DNA of 64,000 nt from Thermodesulfobacteriota bacterium (GTDB taxonomy: Bacteria; Desulfobacterota; BSN033; UBA1163). The stretch covers positions 13,717 to 77,716 of the forward strand of contig JAOAHX010000013.1 of the NCBI GenBank assembly GCA_026415035.1. Direction: 5' to 3'. Position numbers and translations under genes: made by a program. This document shows, piece after piece, positions 59,294 to 64,000 of the stretch; the stretch's first letter is position 1, and the number at the start of each line of letters is the position of its first letter. The notes beneath the pieces are model-generated. The model saw nothing but the letters and a program-made list of their open reading frames with translations, searched no databases and was not told the origin of the DNA.

Positions 59294-60850
59294 ATGAAGA
59301 GAGCCATCCTCATTCTCTCCGCCTTTATTTTTATTCTTTTTGGGATCACCCCCGGGATTCCACAGACCAACCCTCCAAAGGGCCAAATCTACTATTTTTA
59401 CTCGCAGGATTGTGAACCCTGTAAAACGATCTACCAGAGTTATTTACCGACCCTTAAAACGGTTTATCCTTTCCTTGAAATTCAGGCCTTCGACGTCGGA
59501 GACCCGATCCATTACGAAGCCCTTTTGAAGCTGGAAAAACGATTCGGCAAAAGGGAAAGCGAACTGCCCGTCCTCCTGATCGGAGATCATTTCCTCTCAG
59601 GCGAGAGGGAGGTGATGGAGAGGCTTGACCCTCTGCTGATGGAGTACCAGGCAAAAGGCGGAATCCCCCCGGTTTCTCTTGACCTTCCCTCGGGGATCGC
59701 TTCAACCCCACCCCAAAGGGCCGAAATCTCCCTTTCTCTCACGTACTTTCATCAGAAGGGATGCCCAAAATGTGACCGGGCCAATGCCCTGCTGAAATAC
59801 CTCGTCGGAAAGTATCCCGGGCTCAAGGTCGAGGCGATCGACCTCAACACCCCTGAGGGCAAACGCCTCAACGAGGTCCTTTCAAACCGTCTTCAAGTCC
59901 CCTCTGAAAAGAGGCTCCTCGCACCGGCCATCTTCATCGGCAACGAATATCTCCCGCCCGAAGAGATCGAGTTGTCCAGGCTGGAAACGCTCCTCGCCAA
60001 GTATTCGTCCGATCCCTCATCAACTCCCCCCTTCGCTTCCAGGGGGCCCTCGGTCCCCACCCAGGAGGAGATCGCAAAAGCCGAAGAGACCATGATCGAA
60101 CGGTTCAAATCTTTTGGGCTACCCGCCATCCTGGTCGCCGGTTTGGTCGAAGGGCTCAATCCCTGCGCCCTTGCCACGCTCGTCTTCTTCATCTCCTACC
60201 TCACCATGATCGGCCAGGGACGAAAACAAATCTTGATGGTGGGATTGGGTTTTTCAGGATCGGCCTTCTTGACCCATCTCCTATTGGGGTTGGGACTCCT
60301 CGGGTTTATCCAGCACCTCTCCTTCCTTCCCGTCCTCTCCCGTGCCATCTATCTGGTCACCTTCTTGTTGAGCCTCTTTCTTGCCATCTTAAGCCTCTAT
60401 GATTACATCCAGTTGAAAAAAGGGAAGCCCTCAAAGATGAAACTCCAAGCCCCTGATTTTCTCAAGAGGAGGATCCATAAGGTCATCCGGGCGAGGGGGG
60501 CGGGGTTGGAGACGATTCCGGAGGGCCAACCGCTTCGGCTCCTCCTGGTCGCCATCGCCTTAGGCTTCCTCGTCACCCTCTTCCTTTCCACCTGCACGAG
60601 CCAAGTTTATCTTCCAACGCTCCTCTTCGTCACCCAATTCTCCGCGCTCAGGGAAAAGGCCCTCTTCTACCTGGTGTTATACAATCTCGTCTATGTCCTT
60701 CCCCTGCTGGGGATCTTCGGGATCGTCTATTGGGGGGTCACCTCTCAACAACTCGCTCTCTTCCTTCAGAGAAGGGCTTCCACCCTAAAACTCATAACGG
60801 CCCTCTTCTTCTTCGCTCTCGCCGGAATATTGATTTTTACCTTATTATGA
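59294..60850 (+). CDS. Membrane redox protein: two exported glutaredoxin-like domains plus CcdA/DsbD-like TM domain
   Basis: Signal peptide; CEPC and CPKC; GLNPCA and STCTSQVYLP TM cysteines. Confidence 0.8.
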   Translation: MKRAILILSAFIFILFGITPGIPQTNPPKGQIYYFYSQDCEPCKTIYQSYLPTLKTVYPFLEIQAFDVGDPIHYEALLKLEKRFGKRESELPVLLIGDHFLSGEREVMERLDPLLMEYQAKGGIPPVSLDLPSGIASTPPQRAEISLSLTYFHQKGCPKCDRANALLKYLVGKYPGLKVEAIDLNTPEGKRLNEVLSNRLQVPSEKRLLAPAIFIGNEYLPPEEIELSRLETLLAKYSSDPSSTPPFASRGPSVPTQEEIAKAEETMIERFKSFGLPAILVAGLVEGLNPCALATLVFFISYLTMIGQGRKQILMVGLGFSGSAFLTHLLLGLGLLGFIQHLSFLPVLSRAIYLVTFLLSLFLAILSLYDYIQLKKGKPSKMKLQAPDFLKRRIHKVIRARGAGLETIPEGQPLRLLLVAIALGFLVTLFLSTCTSQVYLPTLLFVTQFSALREKALFYLVLYNLVYVLPLLGIFGIVYWGVTSQQLALFLQRRASTLKLITALFFFALAGILIFTLL

Positions 60851-60899
60851 GGGATAAGTATTCAATAATCCTTCATCTCAAAGAACTCGAGGAGGTGGC

Positions 60900-61799
60900 A
60901 TGAGACAGAAAATCATTCTCTTGGGAGTCGTCGCGGCCCTCTTGGCAGGCGCTCTCCTCTTTTACTTCTTCTATCTCCAGCATCCGAGCCGTCAGGTCCT
61001 TGCCCAGGTCAACGGGGAGAAGATCACCCTGCTTCAATTCAACAAGGAATTGGAAAAAGTGGACTCTCCCCTCAAAGAGATGCTTCGAGAGGATCCCCAA
61101 CAATTCCTCGAAGGCCTGATCATGCAGAGGATTCTTCTTCAAGAGGCCAAAAAAGAGGGGATCACCCCTCCCCTGAAAACCTATAAGGATACGGATAAGG
61201 AGGGGCGATCGCCAGAAGAGATCCTGGTCGGTGAACTGATGAAGAAGAAATTCTCTACGCCCCCGCCTGTGACCAAAGAAGAAATCGCGGCCCTCTACCC
61301 CGTCGTGAAGGATCGGCTGGGCGGACAACCTTTCGAGAAGGTCTCTCCCTTCCTGGAAGAGTTAATCCGGCAGGCCAAACAGGAGGAGGCGATGAAGAGG
61401 TATGTCACTCAGCTTCGAACCGCGGCCAAAGTCGAGATCGACCAGATTCGCCTCCAGAAGATCGCCCTCAAGCCTCCGGAATCGAATACCGAAGAGGAGT
61501 TCAAGAAGGCCCTTGCCGGCGGAAGACCTTTGCTCGTCGATTTCGGTGCCAACTCCTGCCTCCCCTGCCGTCAGCTGCGACCGATTCTTAAGGAACTCGA
61601 AAAGGAATTTGCAGGAAAGGCAGAAATTCTGGTCATCGATGTCTATAAGTATCAGAATCTCGCCAGGGAATATAAAATTGTGGCCCTGCCGACCCTCGTC
61701 TTTTTCGACCCCAAAGGGAAAGAGGTCTTTCGACAACCAGGCGCGATGAGCAAAGAACAGATCTCCGCAAAGCTCAAAGAGCTCGGGGCGGGAACCTAA
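60900..61799 (+). CDS. Membrane-anchored SurA/PrsA-N-like domain fused to thioredoxin (CLPC)
   Basis: N-terminal TM, VLAQVNGEKIT, LLQEAKKEGI; LVDFGANSCLPC, LPTLVFFD. Confidence 0.8.
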   Translation: MRQKIILLGVVAALLAGALLFYFFYLQHPSRQVLAQVNGEKITLLQFNKELEKVDSPLKEMLREDPQQFLEGLIMQRILLQEAKKEGITPPLKTYKDTDKEGRSPEEILVGELMKKKFSTPPPVTKEEIAALYPVVKDRLGGQPFEKVSPFLEELIRQAKQEEAMKRYVTQLRTAAKVEIDQIRLQKIALKPPESNTEEEFKKALAGGRPLLVDFGANSCLPCRQLRPILKELEKEFAGKAEILVIDVYKYQNLAREYKIVALPTLVFFDPKGKEVFRQPGAMSKEQISAKLKELGAGT

Positions 61800-61926
61800 T
61801 TTTAGAGCGCGAGGGGATAAGGTCCCACCTGGGAGGGACGGTTTCCTTCGATTCCCTCTCCCATCCGGATGAGCCGATCTCACCTCCCTCCGACCCTCTG
61901 GGGTTGACCTCATCCCCCTCTTCTTT

Positions 61927-62490
61927 ATGGATTACCTCACCCTGCTTCTTGTAGCCTTTGGATTATCGATGGATGCCTTTGCGGTCTCGGTCACCAACGG
62001 CATGACCATCCTCCGACATCAGCGAGCGAATCGGGCGCTGAAAATAGGGGTTTTTTTCGGTTCCTTCCAGGCCTTGATGCCCTTGATCGGCTGGTCCATC
62101 GGGCTCGGGCTGAAAGACCTCATCTCGAGCGTCGACCATTGGGTGGCCTTCGGGCTCCTCAGCCTGATCGGCTTGAAGATGATCTACGAATCGACGAAGA
62201 TGGGGGGAGAAAAAACCGAGAAGGCCTCTCTAAGCCTCTGGGTGCTCCTTATGCTTTCGATCGCCACCAGCATCGACGCCTTCGCGGTTGGGATCAGCTT
62301 TGCCATCCTGGACCTTTCGATCGTGGCGCCGATCCTCCTCATCGGAACCGTGACTTTCGGCGTATCCTTCCTCGGCGTCTTTATCGGAAACAAGACGGGT
62401 CACTTCTTCGAGAAGAAGATCGAGGTCATAGGGGGGCTTATTTTAATCGGCATCGGCCTCAAGATCCTGATCGAACATTTAGGACTCTAA
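61927..62490 (+). CDS. mntP: Manganese efflux pump MntP
   Basis: GLSMDAFAVS, FQALMPLIGW, DHWVAFGLL, ATSIDAFAVG. Confidence 0.93.
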   Translation: MDYLTLLLVAFGLSMDAFAVSVTNGMTILRHQRANRALKIGVFFGSFQALMPLIGWSIGLGLKDLISSVDHWVAFGLLSLIGLKMIYESTKMGGEKTEKASLSLWVLLMLSIATSIDAFAVGISFAILDLSIVAPILLIGTVTFGVSFLGVFIGNKTGHFFEKKIEVIGGLILIGIGLKILIEHLGL

Positions 62491-62493
62491 TCG

Positions 62494-63126
62494 ATGGGAA
62501 AGAAGAGAGAGAAGGAGGTTGAAGAAGGCGAGTTCAGGGAGCTCATCCAATTTACCTTGGGCGGCTTCATCGGAGGATTTCTCCTCGGGGTCTTCTTAGA
62601 CCTTCTCAATTTCCAACGCAGTGCCATAGGCCAGTGGCTCGTCCGAACCCTTTCCGGAGAGGGAGAAAGCCTCTTTGAAGGCATTTATGCCCTCCGTCAG
62701 CGATGGCGCAGGGCATCGAATTCTATGGCGGAAGCCTATGGATGGGGAAAACTTGCCGGCATGGCCCTCCCATGGTTCATCGACTGGGGTAGCCGGTTGG
62801 TCGGGGTCGATGTCTATGGGATTGAAGGATTTTATATCCCTTACTTCTATGCCCTCAGTGACCAAATGGGTGCCAATCTCTCCGGATTAATTTTCCTCCG
62901 TCGGAAAGAAGGGGCCTGGTCAAGGGCGTTGGGGGAGTATGTCCGCCATCCCGTGATGCTCACCAGCCTTTTGATTATCCTCATCGTCCCTCTGGGCCTT
63001 TTGGGCGCCAGACTCATAGGGTTTAGCCCCACCACCCAAACCTTTACCGCCCTGGAGACGATCGCGGCCAACCTCTGCTGGCTCCCGCCCCTGGTAGGTT
63101 GGATTCAGGAGAAGAAAGAAATATGA
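62494..63126 (+). CDS. Hypothetical membrane protein
   Basis: 210-aa ORF in operon spacing with several hydrophobic segments; family not recognised. Confidence 0.7.
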   Translation: MGKKREKEVEEGEFRELIQFTLGGFIGGFLLGVFLDLLNFQRSAIGQWLVRTLSGEGESLFEGIYALRQRWRRASNSMAEAYGWGKLAGMALPWFIDWGSRLVGVDVYGIEGFYIPYFYALSDQMGANLSGLIFLRRKEGAWSRALGEYVRHPVMLTSLLIILIVPLGLLGARLIGFSPTTQTFTALETIAANLCWLPPLVGWIQEKKEI

Positions 63127-63179
63127 GCACAATTGCACCTAAAATCTCCTTTCGGGCCCATGAGAGGAGGGTTTACGAG

Positions 63180-63725
63180 ATGGTGAAGATCACCGGCGCT
63201 CTTATGTGTTCAATCCTTTTGGTAGGAATTATCATGGCCCCGGCCGAGGCCAAAACGGCCAATACGATCAATGCGGAGGTCAATGCTGCCTTGAAGCTCT
63301 TCGAGCAGAAGGTCAAGGGAGGCAGGGAATTTCTGCAGGCGGCCCGGGGCGTCCTCGTGATCCCCAACCTCGTCAAGGCGGGCCTCGGAATCGGAGGGAT
63401 GTACGGGGAAGGGGCGCTGAGGGTCGGCGGCAAGACGGTGGCCTATTACAGCCTCGCAGGAGGCTCTGTGGGATTTCAGATCGGAGCCCAGAAGACCCAT
63501 CTGCTCCTCGTTTTTATGGATGAAGAAGCGCTCAAGCAGTTCCGGAGGGGCTCGGGTTGGAAAGCGGGGGTTGACGGCTCTGTCGCCTTCATCGATGTCG
63601 GAGCCGGAAAATCCCTGGATACCCTGAACATCAAGGACCCCATCGTTGCCTTCCTCTTCGGCCAGAAGGGGTTGATGGCAAACGCAACGGTGGAGGGCTC
63701 CAAATTCACCCGGTTGACCAAATGA
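63180..63725 (+). CDS. Exported lipid-binding SYLF/Ysc84 domain protein
   Basis: Signal peptide, GVLVIPNLVKAGLGIGGMYGEG, GSVGFQIG, KGLMANATVEGSK; GAGGAGG SD. Confidence 0.88.
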   Translation: MVKITGALMCSILLVGIIMAPAEAKTANTINAEVNAALKLFEQKVKGGREFLQAARGVLVIPNLVKAGLGIGGMYGEGALRVGGKTVAYYSLAGGSVGFQIGAQKTHLLLVFMDEEALKQFRRGSGWKAGVDGSVAFIDVGAGKSLDTLNIKDPIVAFLFGQKGLMANATVEGSKFTRLTK

Positions 63726-63876
63726 CCCGAGCAAGAAGGACAATTGCCTTCGGTTTTCCCAGCCAGAGGTTCCCTCTCCAAAAGACTCAAAGGGAAGAGA
63801 CCCAACCGGCGTTTTAGATGATCCTGCCTCCGAGGAAAAAATCTCTCGGGCAAAGCCCCAGACCCTTAATAAGTTG

Positions 63877-63905
63877 TTGACTTTTTTGAACTATTTCAAT
63901 AGACT
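63877..63905 (+). promoter_or_regulatory. Putative sigma70 promoter for a gene beyond the window
   Basis: TTGACT-N17-TAGACT. Confidence 0.5.
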
Positions 63906-64000
63906 CTAATCGGAAAGGGGGTAGCCTCTGGGCAGGGGCCTTCCAATCTTCTCTAAGAGGACTTTTTCAGAAGTCCCATGAATCCAATACCTCTCGTGAT

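Noticed and set aside
63910..64000. AAAGGGGGTAGC resembling the yybP-ykoY 5' end
   Set aside because: Lacks the conserved GGGGAGTA and the other loops; cut off by the window end
1..64000. CRISPR arrays, tRNA/rRNA genes, transposases, integrases
   Set aside because: No regularly spaced repeats, cloverleaf patterns or recombinase ORFs were seen by eye

Overview
GC-rich bacterial chromosomal segment from a probable anaerobe. A Desulfobacterota/deltaproteobacterial origin is inferred from the recA-pilT-alaS order, the rubrerythrin and the ATP-dependent radical dehydratase/reductase genes. Contents in order: (1) a xanthine-dehydrogenase-family Mo enzyme coupled to a PreA-like flavoprotein; (2) a FadR regulator, TRAP transporter and proline/pipecolate catabolic set; (3) a PAS histidine kinase, an MNT-HepT pair with a truncated toxin, rubrerythrin, dapA and atoE; (4) a housekeeping block thpR-recA-pilT-alaS-gltX-smc; (5) a Liv-type ABC importer with two acyl-CoA ligases and a four-subunit benzoyl-CoA-reductase/2-hydroxyacyl-CoA-dehydratase-like module; (6) accessory genes (pilin-like protein, tandem receivers, cysE-iscU-queG-like, chrA); (7) a toxic-ion resistance region. 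Region 7 is the most notable. It has a fluoride riboswitch with its own terminator upstream of DUF2267 and a truncated cation/H+ antiporter. It also has a minus-strand ArsR/ArsP/Acr3 operon with no recognisable ArsC and at least two predicted selenoproteins that the ORF track cuts short. One is a 103-aa protein with a U-V-G-U (UxxU) motif at 54432-54743; the other is a glutaredoxin-like protein ending GS-U-DI* at 55970-56182. Each has a SECIS-like hairpin about 11 nt after the UGA. All calls come from reading the sequence; no searches were run.
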